Assembly (NCBI GenBank): GCA_963721015.1
Contig: CAVRHM010000002.1
Span: 973,324-1,037,323 of the forward strand
Direction of reading: 5' to 3'
DNA from: an uncultured Chloroflexia bacterium
GTDB taxonomy: Bacteria; Chloroflexota; Limnocylindria; Limnocylindrales; CSP1-4
DNA length: 64,000 nucleotides
This document shows, piece by piece, positions 17,249 to 27,125 of the stretch. The translations under genes and the position numbers were made by a program. The notes under the pieces were generated by a model. That model had not been told where the DNA came from. It did no database searches and saw nothing but the letters and a program-made list of their open reading frames with translations. Numbering within the stretch: the first letter of the stretch is position 1; each line of letters starts with the position of its first letter.

Positions 17249-19557
17249 AGGGCGTCGACGACCGCGTTGGCGATGGCCGGCGGGGCGCCGACCGTCGCCG
17301 ACTCCCCCACCCCCTTGGCGCCGATCGGGTGATGCGGCGACGGGGTGACCGTCTTCTCGAGCTCCCAGGCCGGCGTCTCCACCGCGGTCGGGAGGAGGTA
17401 GTCCATGAACGTGCCGGCCATGTTGTTGCCGAGCTCGTCGTAGGTGATCTGTTCGTACAGCGCGGGCGCGAGGCCCATCGTGAGGCCGCCGTGGATCTGG
17501 CCGTCGACGATCATCGGGTTGATGATGTTGCCGCAGTCATCGACCGCCACGAAGCGGCGGATGTGGACCTGGCCGGTGCCCTTGTCGATGTCGACGACGC
17601 AGATGTACGAGCCGAACGGGAAGGTCAGGTTCGGCGGGTCGTAGTAGTCCACGGCCTCGAGGCCGGCCTCCATCCCGGCCGGATGGTTGGTGTACGCCGC
17701 GAAGGCGATCTCCTGGATGGTCTTGAACCGGTCCGGTGAACCCTTGACGCTGAACTTGCCGGGCTCCCACTCGAGGTCCTCCTCGGAGGCCTCCAGGAGG
17801 TGTGCGGCGAGCTTGCGGGCCTTGTCCCGGATCTTGCGGGCCGCGACGGCCGTGGCCGCACCCGCGACCGGCGTCGAACGCGACGCGTACGTGCCCAGGC
17901 CGTACGGCGCGGTGTCCGTGTCGCCTTCCTCGATCTTGATGTCGGCGACCGGGAAACCGAGCTCCTCGGCGATGATCTGGGCGAACGTCGTCTCGTGGCC
18001 CTGGCCCTGGGACTGGACCCCGAGCCGGGCGATGACCTTGCCGGTCGGATGGACCCGGATCTCGCACGAGTCGAACATCTTGATGCCCAGGATGTCGAAG
18101 TCGTGCGACGGCCCGGCGCCGACGATCTCGGTGAACGAGCTGATGCCGATGCCCATGAGCTCGCCCCGCTCACGCTTCTCCACCTGCTCCTTGCGCAGGT
18201 CGTCGTAACCGATCAGGTCGAGCGCCTTCTGGAGGGCGGCCGGATAGTTCCCGGAGTCGTAGTCCCAGCCGGTCGGCGTGTGATACGGGAACTGCTCGGG
18301 CTGGATGAAGTTCTCCATCCGGAGCTGGGCCGGGTCCTTGCCGATCTCATGGGCCAGGACGTCCACGATCCGTTCGACGGCGTGGACCGCCTCGGTGACG
18401 CGGAACGAGCAGCGATAGGCGACGCCGCCCGGCGGCTTGTTGGTGTAGACGCCATCGACCTCCACGAACGCGTTCTGGAAGTCGTACGAGCCGGTGATGA
18501 CGTTGAACAGGCCGGCCGGGTACTTCGACGGATCGGCCGCGGCATCGGTGTAGCCGTGGTCGGCGATGGTCTTGACCTTCATCGCCTGGATCTTGCCGGC
18601 CTTGTCCGCGCCGACCTCGATATCGATGTGGTAGTCACGGGCGAACGAGTCCGCCTGCAAATTCTCCGAGCGGTCCTCGATCCACTTGACCGGCTTGCCG
18701 ATGAGGAACGAGGCGGCGACGGCCAGGACGTAGCCCGGATAGACCGGGACCTTGCCACCGAACCCGCCGCCGATGTCGTGGGTCTTGACCCGGATGTTCT
18801 GCTCGGAGATGGGAAGCCCAGCCCCGGCCGCCACGAGCGCGACGACCGTCCTGATGGCGTGCGGCGCCTGGGTCGTCATGTGCATCGTCAGCTGGCTGCG
18901 GATCGGATCCCAGTCGGCGACGATGCCGCACGTCTCGATCGAGGCGACGTGGATCCGCGGGATGTAGATGTGCTCCTTGACCCGGACCTCGGACGCGGCG
19001 AGCGCGGCGTCGGCCTTGGCGGCGTCGCCGGACTCCCAGTGCCAGATGTGGTTGTTCTGCTTGTCCTGGGCTCGGTCCGGGCGGAGGACGAAGGCGTCGT
19101 CCTCGAGGGCCTTGTACGGGTCGGTGATGACCGGCAGTGGCTCGTAGTCGACGAGCACGGCAGCGACCCCGTCCGCGGCGGCATACCGGGACGTGGCGAT
19201 GACCGCGGCCACCTCCTGGCTCTGGTACATGACGGTGTCGGTCGGCAAGACCATCTGCATGTCGCCGGCGAGGGTCGGCATCCAGTGGAGCTTGTACGTC
19301 TCCAGGGCCTTGCCGTCGATGACGGCGAGGACACCCGGGACCTTCATCGCCTCGCTCGTGTCGATGCCCTTGATCGTCGCGTGGGCATATGGGCTGCGGA
19401 CGATGTCCAGCCACAGCTGCCCGGGCAGGTTGACATCCTCGATGTATTCGCCCGCGCCGCGGATGAAGCGCGGGTCTTCCTTGCGCTTGACGGAGTGGCC
19501 CATGCCCCCGATCTCGGGACTGGTGCGGAGCTCGCGGGGCGCTTCTTCGGTCGTCAT
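17164..19557 (-). CDS. coxL: aerobic CO dehydrogenase large (molybdopterin) subunit, form I
   Basis: 797 aa xanthine dehydrogenase-family MoCo subunit with form I active-site loop GVAYRCSFR. Confidence 0.9.
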   Translation of the reverse strand: MTTEEAPRELRTSPEIGGMGHSVKRKEDPRFIRGAGEYIEDVNLPGQLWLDIVRSPYAHATIKGIDTSEAMKVPGVLAVIDGKALETYKLHWMPTLAGDMQMVLPTDTVMYQSQEVAAVIATSRYAAADGVAAVLVDYEPLPVITDPYKALEDDAFVLRPDRAQDKQNNHIWHWESGDAAKADAALAASEVRVKEHIYIPRIHVASIETCGIVADWDPIRSQLTMHMTTQAPHAIRTVVALVAAGAGLPISEQNIRVKTHDIGGGFGGKVPVYPGYVLAVAASFLIGKPVKWIEDRSENLQADSFARDYHIDIEVGADKAGKIQAMKVKTIADHGYTDAAADPSKYPAGLFNVITGSYDFQNAFVEVDGVYTNKPPGGVAYRCSFRVTEAVHAVERIVDVLAHEIGKDPAQLRMENFIQPEQFPYHTPTGWDYDSGNYPAALQKALDLIGYDDLRKEQVEKRERGELMGIGISSFTEIVGAGPSHDFDILGIKMFDSCEIRVHPTGKVIARLGVQSQGQGHETTFAQIIAEELGFPVADIKIEEGDTDTAPYGLGTYASRSTPVAGAATAVAARKIRDKARKLAAHLLEASEEDLEWEPGKFSVKGSPDRFKTIQEIAFAAYTNHPAGMEAGLEAVDYYDPPNLTFPFGSYICVVDIDKGTGQVHIRRFVAVDDCGNIINPMIVDGQIHGGLTMGLAPALYEQITYDELGNNMAGTFMDYLLPTAVETPAWELEKTVTPSPHHPIGAKGVGESATVGAPPAIANAVVDALWHLGVRNIDIPITPQKVWAILREQGLN

Positions 19558-19575
19558 GTCGCTCGCTTCTCCCGC

Positions 19576-20124
19576 TCAGCCGGCCGCGGCCGGTTCGGCC
19601 GAGACTTCCTGGCCTTCGACCGTCTCGGCAGCCACGACCGGGGCGGACTCGCCCTCGCGCAGCGTGCCGGCGGCCTGCTGGATCGCCTTGACGATGTTCA
19701 CGTAGCCGGTGCAGCGGCACAGATTGCCGCTGATGCCCTCGCGGATCTCGGCCTCGGACGGGTCCGGGTTCTCCCCGAGCAGCCACGACGCCTGCATGAT
19801 CATCCCCGGGGTGCAGAACCCGCATTGCAGGCCATGCTGGTCCCAGAACGCCTGCTGGAGCGGGTGGAGGGTCGCGCCGTCGGCCATGCCCTCGATGGTC
19901 TTGACCGTCCGACCATCGGCCTGGACGGCGAGCATCGTGCAGCTCTTGGCGCTCTCACCGTCGACATGGACGGTGCACGCGCCGCAGTTACTCGTATCGC
20001 AGCCGACGTGCGTGCCGGTCAGGCCGAGCGTGTCGCGCAGGAAGTGGACGAGGAGGAGTCTCGGCTCGACGTCTGCCTCGTGCGCCTGGCCGTTCACCGT
20101 GGTGCTGATGTGTAGCGTCGTCAT
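19576..20124 (-). CDS. coxS: CO dehydrogenase small [2Fe-2S] subunit
   Basis: [11 protein letters not shown] and CGFCTPGM...CRCTGY ferredoxin motifs. Confidence 0.9.
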   Translation of the reverse strand: MTTLHISTTVNGQAHEADVEPRLLLVHFLRDTLGLTGTHVGCDTSNCGACTVHVDGESAKSCTMLAVQADGRTVKTIEGMADGATLHPLQQAFWDQHGLQCGFCTPGMIMQASWLLGENPDPSEAEIREGISGNLCRCTGYVNIVKAIQQAAGTLREGESAPVVAAETVEGQEVSAEPAAAG

Positions 20125-20231
20125 CGCGGACTCCCTGGGGTGCCGATGAGGCCGCTCCGAGGTCCAAGGCGAAGCTCCGCGACGCCATGGGCCCGAGGAT
20201 CGTGCTGCGTCGTCATCTGGGTCGCGACCTC

Positions 20232-21107
20232 CTACGCGTAGGCGAGGGCGCGCGCCACGGCTGAGCGGAGCGACCGGACGGTCAGCTCGGCGGCCATCGC
20301 TCGCTTGTATTCGACGGGTCCGCGGATGTCACCGAAGGGTCTCGACTGCGCTCCGGCCGCCTCACCAGCCTGGCGGAACAACTCCTCCGACGGCCGCCGT
20401 CCGGCGAGGATCGCCTCGGCATCCGTGGCCGCGAACGGTGTCTCGGCGACGCCGGTCAGGCCGATCCCAGCGGAGGCGATCTGGCCCTCCACGCCGAGTC
20501 GCACGAAGACCGCCGACCCGCAGGTCGCGAAGTCGCCGACCTTGCGCTCCAGCTTGGTGTAGGCGCCGCCGGAGCCCCTGGGTCGACGGGTCATCCGGAT
20601 CTCGGTCAGGACTTCGGTCGGCTCGATGGCCGTCGTGAACGTATCGAGGAAGAAGTCGCGGGCCACGACCTCGCGCTTGCCGCCCTGGCTCCTGCACACG
20701 ATGGTCGCATCCACCGCGAGGAGGAACGCCGGCCAGTCGCTCGCCGGGTCGGCATGGGCGACGGACCCGCCGATCGTGCCCCAATTCCGGACCTGCGGGT
20801 CGCCGATGGTCGCCGCGACATCGACGATGCCCGGGTAGTGATCGACGATGATCGGGTGCTCGTGGATCTGGCGGTGGGTCGCCCGTGCGCCGATGCGCAG
20901 CTCGTCGTCCGTCTCGGTGATGCCGTCCAGGCCGGTGATGTCCTTGAGGTCCACCAGGAGGCCGGGTTGCGCAAGCCGGAGCTTGATCAACGGGATGAGG
21001 CTGTAGCCGCCGGACAGCAGCTTGGCCTCCCCCTCGCGGTCCTTGAGGATCCGCAACGCTTCGTCCAGGTCACCCGGACGGACATAGTCGAACTGACCGG
21101 GGATCAT
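20232..21107 (-). CDS. coxM: CO dehydrogenase medium FAD-binding subunit
   Basis: FAD_binding_5/CO_deh_flav_C-type: [11 protein letters not shown]...[11 protein letters not shown]...[12 protein letters not shown]. Confidence 0.9.
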   Translation of the reverse strand: MIPGQFDYVRPGDLDEALRILKDREGEAKLLSGGYSLIPLIKLRLAQPGLLVDLKDITGLDGITETDDELRIGARATHRQIHEHPIIVDHYPGIVDVAATIGDPQVRNWGTIGGSVAHADPASDWPAFLLAVDATIVCRSQGGKREVVARDFFLDTFTTAIEPTEVLTEIRMTRRPRGSGGAYTKLERKVGDFATCGSAVFVRLGVEGQIASAGIGLTGVAETPFAATDAEAILAGRRPSEELFRQAGEAAGAQSRPFGDIRGPVEYKRAMAAELTVRSLRSAVARALAYA

Positions 21108-21260
21108 CGCGCTGCCTACCTCCTCCCCGCCGGAGCGGGGACTGGGACGGCCCGTCCACGGGCACGGAGCTGGTGGCGACGACTCCTCGACCGACGCTCC
21201 GGGTGGTCCCGCATCGCTGTACCCGGACGGTCGGCCGCGTCTCGGGGAGTGTTGCGGGTG

Positions 21261-21289
21261 AGTATCGACCTCGGTGGTTGCGGCGTCAA
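21261..21289 (-). promoter_or_regulatory. putative promoter of coxMSL operon (minus strand TTGACG-17nt-GATACT)
   Basis: Hexamers on minus strand ~150 nt upstream of coxM ATG. Followed by GGAGGAGG RBS region. Confidence 0.25.
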
Positions 21290-21317
21290 CGCGCGGCAGC
21301 GGTCGGTGAGCCGCTGA

Positions 21318-21350
21318 CCGGCCGGCCCGGTCACACCCCGGGCCGGCCGG
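21318..21350 (-). terminator. perfect 13-bp GC inverted repeat (CCGGCCGGCCCGG-7nt-CCGGGCCGGCCGG) right after ArsR-SRPBCC stop
   Basis: Seen in sequence. No U-tract, so could equally be a protein-binding palindrome. Confidence 0.3.
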
Positions 21351-21357
21351 TCGAGCG

Positions 21358-22152
21358 TCAGGCGACGGCGATCGGTTCGCCCGTCTCGAGCATGGTCTTG
21401 AGCCCGGACACGATGTAGACGATGCCGCCGCTGAACTCGGTCTCGGTGCGCGAGCCGGGGATGAGCTTGGAGGTCACCGTCAGGCGGGTCGGGCCGCCGT
21501 CGTCGCCGGCCTCGATCGCCCAGGTCATCCGGACCGGCCCGTCCGCGGCCATGGCCGGATCCCAGCGCGGCGTGAAGTCCATGACCACCTTCCGGCCCGG
21601 CTCGACCTCGAGCACGACGCCATCGGCCGCCGGCGACCCGTCGGGATAGTCGTAGGCGATCGATGCGCCGACCTCCCAGGTCGAGCGCACGCGCGTCCCG
21701 TAGTAGTAGCGCGCGGTGTCCTCGCCGTCGGTGATGGCCTGCCAGACCCGGTCGGGCGTGGCCTTGATGTACACGGCATAGACGTGATCGATGGTGTCCA
21801 CCGGTGCCTCCAGCGTGCGTTTCATGAGGGACATCGCCCCGACGATGGGCTCGGCGAATTTCGAGATCCAACGGTCGTGGGCGAGGCGGATGGGCACCGG
21901 GTTGAGGTAGTGGCGCTTCTCGCGGCCGACCTTGCGGGTCGACACGAGATCGGCGGCCTCGAGCACCCCGAGGTGCTTCATGACCCCGAATCGGGTCATC
22001 GCGGGCAGCGCCTCGCACAGCTCTCCCAGCGTCTGGCCATCACGCTCGAAGAGCCGGTCGAGGAGGACTCGCCGACCGGGGTCGGCGAGCGCCCGGAAGA
22101 CCGGAGCCATGTCATCCGTCACGGGCCAGACTATATGTGACTCATTAGTCAC
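21358..22152 (-). CDS. ArsR/SmtB-family HTH regulator fused to SRPBCC (AHSA1/Aha1-like) domain
   Basis: N-terminal ArsR HTH (FRALADPGRRVLLDRL...LGELCEALPAMTRFGVMKHLGVLEAADLV). C-terminal START/AHSA1-like domain (VYAVYIKATPDRVWQAITD). Confidence 0.75.
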   Translation of the reverse strand: MTNESHIVWPVTDDMAPVFRALADPGRRVLLDRLFERDGQTLGELCEALPAMTRFGVMKHLGVLEAADLVSTRKVGREKRHYLNPVPIRLAHDRWISKFAEPIVGAMSLMKRTLEAPVDTIDHVYAVYIKATPDRVWQAITDGEDTARYYYGTRVRSTWEVGASIAYDYPDGSPAADGVVLEVEPGRKVVMDFTPRWDPAMAADGPVRMTWAIEAGDDGGPTRLTVTSKLIPGSRTETEFSGGIVYIVSGLKTMLETGEPIAVA

Positions 22153-22222
22153 ATGTCAAGCGCATGGCCGCGTGTCCGTCCGTGCTGCGGTCTATACCCT
22201 TCGAGGCGTGACCTGGCGACCG

Positions 22223-22758
22223 ATGGCGCTCGGCCTCGAGACCGAGCGGCTCATCCTCCGGCTCCGCGACGAGCGCGACGCAGCCTGGTACCGGGAGCTG
22301 CTCGTCGAACGTGGGGAGGACCTGCCGACGCTCGAGGAGGCGACGACGCGCCTCGCGCGATTCCGCGACCTGACGCTGGAGCTCGGGATCGGGGCTCTCG
22401 CGATCTGTCGTCGATCGGAAGGCGACGTCATCGGCTACGGCGCGCTCGTCGTCGGGCGCTGCAGCCTGGACGAACCGGAGATCGCCTTCGAGCTGCTGCG
22501 ACGGTTCCACGGACGCGGCTATGCCACGGAGGCGGCGCAGGCCCTCGTGGATGCCGCGGCGGCGACGGGTCGACACCGGCTCTGGTCGACCGTGCGGCCC
22601 TGGAACGCGGCGTCCCTCCGGGTGCTCGAGAAGATCGGGTTCCGCCGGGACCACATCACCACGGATGAGCACGGCGACGTGGTCTACCTCGTCCGCGACC
22701 TCGAGGGTCGCCGGCCTGGCCGGCACCACGACGCTAGCACGACCAACGGAGGACCTCT
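22223..22758 (+). CDS. GNAT (RimJ/RimL-like) N-acetyltransferase; no in-frame stop before next ORF
   Basis: ETERLILRLRDERDAAWYRELL...RRFHGRGYATEAAQALVDAA...NAASLRVLEKIGFRR. Reads through in frame into the DHFR-like start MRSVTF. Confidence 0.6.
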
Positions 22759-23323
22759 GATGCGCAGCGTGACCTTCTCCATGGGCGTCTCGCTCGACGG
22801 CTACATCGTGGGGCCGGACGGCGGCTTCGACTGGACAGGGCTCGACGACGAGGTCTTTCGCTCCGCATCGACGAGATCCGTGGCGTCGGCGTCTACCTGT
22901 TGGGACGACGGCTGTACGAGACGATGCTGTACTGGGAGACCGCCGGCCAGGATCCATCGCTGGACGACGCTCAACTCGAGTGGGCCGCGCTCTGGAAGCC
23001 GCTCCCGAAGGTGGTGTTCTCCACCACGCTGACGGCGGTGCAGGGCCATGCCCGCCTGGCCTCCGGCAGCCTGGCCGAGGAGATCGAGCGGTGGCGAGCC
23101 GAGCCGGGCGAGGGCGAGATCTGCGATCGGCGGTGCGACGCTCGCCGCCGAGGCGGCCGCGTCGCGGCTGATCGACGAGTACCGGCTCAGGGTCTACCCA
23201 GTGCTGGTCGGCGGTGGTGTCTCATACTTTCCGCAGCGTGATCGCCGGGTCGATCTCGAACTCGTCGAGACCCGTGGCTTCGGCTCGGGCGTCGTCTATC
23301 TCCGCTACCGCGTGGCGCGCTAG
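22759..23323 (+). pseudogene. dihydrofolate reductase-like (RibD C-terminal domain) gene disrupted by two frameshifts
   Basis: Coding sense moves across three frames: MRSVTFSMGVSLDGYIVGPDGGFDWTGLDDEVF | IDEIRGVGVYLLGRRLYETMLYWETAGQD...EEIERWRAEPGEGEI | AIGGATLAAEAAASRLIDEYRLRVYPVLVGGG...VYLRYRVAR. Second shift looks like an inserted T (atcTgcgatcgg). Confidence 0.6.
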
Positions 23324-23342
23324 CCGGCTCGTCCGCGCGTGG

Positions 23343-23558
23343 TCAGAATTGGTCCGTCGGCCGGATGCGATCGGAGGACTCGATGGCCCGGTCGCGCTGA
23401 CGGTCGTACTCGCGATCGATCCCCTGCTCCTCGAGGACCTCCTCGGCCGTGCGACGGCGCCGGGCAGGGCGCCACATGAGGAGGCCCACGATCAGGACCG
23501 CGGCGAGGATGATCAGCACGGGTTCCATCCGGCGATCGTGGTCGCCGCCGGTGTCCAC
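23343..23558 (-). CDS. small single-TM protein
   Basis: MEPVLIILAAVLIVGLLMWRPARRRR... followed by charged tail. Confidence 0.4.
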   Translation of the reverse strand: MDTGGDHDRRMEPVLIILAAVLIVGLLMWRPARRRRTAEEVLEEQGIDREYDRQRDRAIESSDRIRPTDQF

Positions 23559-23592
23559 GTCAAGGTCCGAGATCGACGCGCCGGCGAACGGA

Positions 23593-24213
23593 TCAGTCGG
23601 CGCGCGACCGACGACGCGGTCGATCGACGAAGGCCACGAGCCCGACAGCGACGAGGACCCCGACCAGCAGGACCGGCAGGATGTCGAGGATCGTCAGTGG
23701 CGTCGGCGCCGGTTCCGGTGCGCGTGGCGGCAGGACCCCGGGTCCGTATAGCGCGATCGCCTCGGCCAGATACGCCTGGCCCTCCGGGCTATCCGGAGGT
23801 GCCTGGAGGGTGTAGATGGCCGCGGCCGGTCGCCCTTGCTCGTTCACATCCGGCGCGATGATGAGTCGGGTGCCCTTGGCGACCGGGTAGCTGCAATCGC
23901 CGATCGGCTCGCCCTCCTTGAAGGCGATGACGATCGCTGCGACCGGCTCCCCGCCATTGAACCAGCGCTCGACATGGAACCAGCGGCCGCCAGGCGCCGG
24001 ATCACCCGTCGTCCCGACGACGACCAGCTGATCGTGCGGCATGTCGACCAGGGTCGGTGGGTCCTCGAGGGGCGAGCAGGCCGCGACGGGCGTCGCGGAC
24101 ACGAGGCCGGCGGCGACGGCAAAAGTGGTGACGAGCAACCCACGGACGACGGCGCGACGAGACGGTCGGATCGACACGGCCGCGAGCATCATCCGGCTCG
24201 GGACGGCCGTCAA
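23593..24213 (-). CDS. hypothetical secreted protein with C-terminal membrane anchor
   Basis: N-terminal signal/TM (LLVTTFAVAAGLVSATPVAAC), C-terminal TM (ILDILPVLLVGVLVAVGLVAF). Confidence 0.5.
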   Translation of the reverse strand: MTAVPSRMMLAAVSIRPSRRAVVRGLLVTTFAVAAGLVSATPVAACSPLEDPPTLVDMPHDQLVVVGTTGDPAPGGRWFHVERWFNGGEPVAAIVIAFKEGEPIGDCSYPVAKGTRLIIAPDVNEQGRPAAAIYTLQAPPDSPEGQAYLAEAIALYGPGVLPPRAPEPAPTPLTILDILPVLLVGVLVAVGLVAFVDRPRRRSRAD

Positions 24214-24269
24214 GCGCCTTGGAACGCGCCCTGTGGCACGGCCGTCGCCGATACGGCACCATCCCTCGG

Positions 24270-24731
24270 ATGGACCCGATGCCCCCCGAGGCGATCCTCG
24301 CGAATGCCCCGCCGACCATCGCCGCGATCGGCGAGCGCCTGCGCGAGATCGTCCGACGCTCGGTGCCAGACGCCGTCGAGCGCGTCCGGCCAGGCTGGGG
24401 CCTCATCGGCTATGACGCACCGAACGGCAGACGGACCGCGTACTTCGCCTGGATCTGGCCCGAGACCGAGCACTGCCACCTCGGGTTCCAGCAGGGCTGG
24501 GCGATGCGCGATCCGCACGGCCGGCTCAGCGGCGAAGGGATCACGAAGCAGGTCCGCTGGCTCACCTTCGACCCGGGCGACCCGATCGACGAGGGCATCT
24601 GCCACGAGCTTCTGGTCGAGGCGCTCGACGTCGCCCGGATGAGCCGAGGCGAGCGCGAGTTGCGCGCGGCCGATGGCGACGTCCTCGACCTGGACCGGCC
24701 GCCACCGGACTGGCCAGGCGCCGGCGACTGA
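24270..24731 (+). CDS. DUF1801 (YdhG-like) domain protein
   Basis: Start at MDPMPPEA. Motifs: IAAIGERLREIVRRSVPDAVERV, RRTAYFAWIWPE, HCHLGF. Confidence 0.55.
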   Translation: MDPMPPEAILANAPPTIAAIGERLREIVRRSVPDAVERVRPGWGLIGYDAPNGRRTAYFAWIWPETEHCHLGFQQGWAMRDPHGRLSGEGITKQVRWLTFDPGDPIDEGICHELLVEALDVARMSRGERELRAADGDVLDLDRPPPDWPGAGD

Positions 24732-24745
24732 TCAGCGCGCCGCCG

Positions 24746-25360
24746 CTAGCCGCGCCCCTCGGGCGGCACCCACTGGTTGGCCTTCTCGTTCCGAGCGGCC
24801 AGCGTCGCCGTCTCCTCGACCCGCTTGGCGCGAGTCTCGGGCCGCTTGGCCCCGCCGATCCAGGTGAGGATGGCCTTCCGTGCGCTCGGGCTGAACGCGT
24901 CCCAGTTGGGGCGAGCCGGCGGGTGCGCGTCCAGCGCCGCCACCAGGTCGTCCGGGACCACCAGCGCTTCGACGTCATCGAGCATCGTCCACGTCCCGAG
25001 GCGCTTGGCCTCCTCGACCGCCGCCAGCCCGGCCGGGAGCATGAGCCCGGCCGCGGTCAGGCGCTCGACGCGAGCCTTGTTCGTGCGTGCCCAGCCGCTC
25101 CGAGGACGGCGCGGGGCGAACCATTGGATCGTCCGGTCGTCATCCAGCCGGCGCTGGACGGCGTCGACCCAGCCGACGCACAGGGCCTCCTCGACCGCGT
25201 CCTCGTACGGAACGCTCGTCCGGCCGGTCGGCTTGCGCCAGGACGCGAGATAGACGCCGATCGATGTCGCATGGTTGGCGATGAGCCAGGCGCGCCAGCC
25301 GGCGCGGTCGAACGGGCCGACGAACGGCTTGCCATCCGGGGCCAGGCCATCGCCGGTCAT
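24746..25360 (-). CDS. YdeI/OmpD-associated family protein
   Basis: Motifs: FDRAGWRAWLIANHATSIGVYL, WFAPRRPRSGWARTNKARVERL, ARKAILTWIGGAKRPETRAKRVEE. Confidence 0.6.
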   Translation of the reverse strand: MTGDGLAPDGKPFVGPFDRAGWRAWLIANHATSIGVYLASWRKPTGRTSVPYEDAVEEALCVGWVDAVQRRLDDDRTIQWFAPRRPRSGWARTNKARVERLTAAGLMLPAGLAAVEEAKRLGTWTMLDDVEALVVPDDLVAALDAHPPARPNWDAFSPSARKAILTWIGGAKRPETRAKRVEETATLAARNEKANQWVPPEGRG

Positions 25361-26769
25361 CGGTCACCTTCCGGGCTCCAGGTCGCGATGCCGATGGTCA
25401 TCGGGTGCTGGCTGCGCAGCCCGGCCTGGCCCTGGGCATCGATGACGACGAGCGGCTCCAAGGCGGCGACGAAGCGGGCATCCGCCGCGCTGCCCGGGTC
25501 GACCCACAGCTGGCGGCGGAGGAAGTCCTCGAGCGCATCCCGCGAGTCGAACCGGCGCGGCTCACGCTCGACCCGCTCCACCACCGGGTCCCGTCCGCGG
25601 GCGCGCAGGAGCTCGATGAACTGCGGCAGGGCCGGCAGGCTGACCCGCGACTCGCCCCAGACCGGCGGCCAGCAGACGTCGGCGATCGACGACGGCTGGC
25701 GTTCCATGAGGACAGCCACGCACAGGCGCTCGCTCGCGGCCTCCATCGCGTCGACGAACGGACCGATGGCCGCGATGTCGTAGCTCACGTGGGCGATCAA
25801 CGAGACGTCCGCCGAGCCGGCCTCCGCGCCGACCACCGGCCACCGACCCTCCACCGTCGTGACGTTGTCGATGCCGTACTCGTCGGCGATCTCGCGGAGG
25901 CCGCCGAGCATCCCCGGCGATGGGTCGACGGCAACGACGCGCCCGCCGGACGGCGCCAACGCCCGGGCGATCGGCAGGGCGTAGCGACCGGCGCCTGCCC
26001 CGATGTCCAGCCACGTCTCGCCGGGCTGGACCAATGCCAGCAGGGCCTCGAGCGACGGATCGTCGGTCCGGGTCGGATCGGCCCGGAACAGCGAGGTGAC
26101 CGGGGCATAGAAGTCGGCAGCGTCGGGGACCTCCCGGAACCGGTCGACCTGGTCGTTGTTGGCATGGACCCGGTCCGCCCACGCGGACTCCAGGACGGCC
26201 ACGAGATCGGCCGGCGTGTCGACATCGGGGTTCCCGCCGTCGGCCGGCACGGCGATCTCCCGGACGAGCTCGGCGTGGGCGGCCACGAGCGGGCCGAGCC
26301 CGCGATCGCCGGTCGCCTCGGCCGCCAGCCCGAAGGCCGATCGATGGAGCAGGACCGGGTTCCGGCCCCCGTCGTGCGCGTAGACCGGCACGGAGACCGG
26401 GGTCTCCGGGCTGACCCCGGCGTCGTGCAGGGCCCGGAGCGCCGCGATCGGGACGCGCGGCTGGTCGCCGAGGACGAGGAGCGTGGCGTCCACGTCGGGA
26501 TCGAGCGCCTCGAGGCCGAGGCGGACGGAGCTCGATAGGCCCCGGTCCGGGTCGGGGTTGACGATGCGTCGCTCGTTGCGCCAGTCGATGGCGGTCTCCA
26601 CGGCCGACGCGTCCCCACCGAGGACGACGACGACATCGTCCGAACCGACCTCGGCCAGGCGATCGAGGACGTGCTGCAGGACCGGCCGCCCTTCGATGGT
26701 CGCCAGCAGCTTGCCGCCCCCGAACCGCGACCCGCGGCCGGCCGCGAGCACCACGGCCGCGACGCGCAT
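25357..26769 (-). CDS. MocA/MobA-like nucleotidyltransferase fused to class I SAM-dependent methyltransferase
   Basis: N-terminus MRVAAVVLAAGRGSRFGGGKLL...VVVVLG (MobA-like NTP transferase). C-terminus WLDIGAGAGRYALPIARALAPSGGRVVAVDPSPGML (MTase motif I). Stop overlaps YdeI start (ATGA). Confidence 0.7.
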   Translation of the reverse strand: MRVAAVVLAAGRGSRFGGGKLLATIEGRPVLQHVLDRLAEVGSDDVVVVLGGDASAVETAIDWRNERRIVNPDPDRGLSSSVRLGLEALDPDVDATLLVLGDQPRVPIAALRALHDAGVSPETPVSVPVYAHDGGRNPVLLHRSAFGLAAEATGDRGLGPLVAAHAELVREIAVPADGGNPDVDTPADLVAVLESAWADRVHANNDQVDRFREVPDAADFYAPVTSLFRADPTRTDDPSLEALLALVQPGETWLDIGAGAGRYALPIARALAPSGGRVVAVDPSPGMLGGLREIADEYGIDNVTTVEGRWPVVGAEAGSADVSLIAHVSYDIAAIGPFVDAMEAASERLCVAVLMERQPSSIADVCWPPVWGESRVSLPALPQFIELLRARGRDPVVERVEREPRRFDSRDALEDFLRRQLWVDPGSAADARFVAALEPLVVIDAQGQAGLRSQHPMTIGIATWSPEGDR

Positions 26770-26780
26770 GCCGCGAGCGC

Positions 26781-27125
26781 TCAGGACCCGCTCGCCGGGG
26801 GCGTCGCGGTCTCGTCGAAGAGCCCGGGCGTCGGTGGCGTGCGACCCCGCTCACTGCCGGACGAGCCGCGCGCCCCGATCCGCCGCCGGGTCTCGACGTC
26901 GACCGTCTCGCCCTCGCGGGCCGGATGCTCGACCAGCGCGATGAGACGGCTGGCCATGAATCGGCCGGTTCGGACCGGCGTCCCGCCTCGGGTCACCTCG
27001 GTGACCTCGACGACGCCGCGCGCGGTCGTCACCTCGATCCGTCGACCCGCCCGCGTGGCCACGATGTCGAACGTCTGGACGGCGCCGCCGGTGTCGACGA
27101 CGACCTCGACGCGATCGCCCTTCAT
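26781..27125 (-). CDS. small hypothetical protein (beta-rich)
   Basis: GGAGG RBS upstream of ATG 27125. Product MKGDRVEVVVDTGGAVQTFDIVATRAGRRIEVTTARGVVEVTEVTRGG... Ends 12 nt before the MocA-MTase start. Confidence 0.5.
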   Translation of the reverse strand: MKGDRVEVVVDTGGAVQTFDIVATRAGRRIEVTTARGVVEVTEVTRGGTPVRTGRFMASRLIALVEHPAREGETVDVETRRRIGARGSSGSERGRTPPTPGLFDETATPPASGS

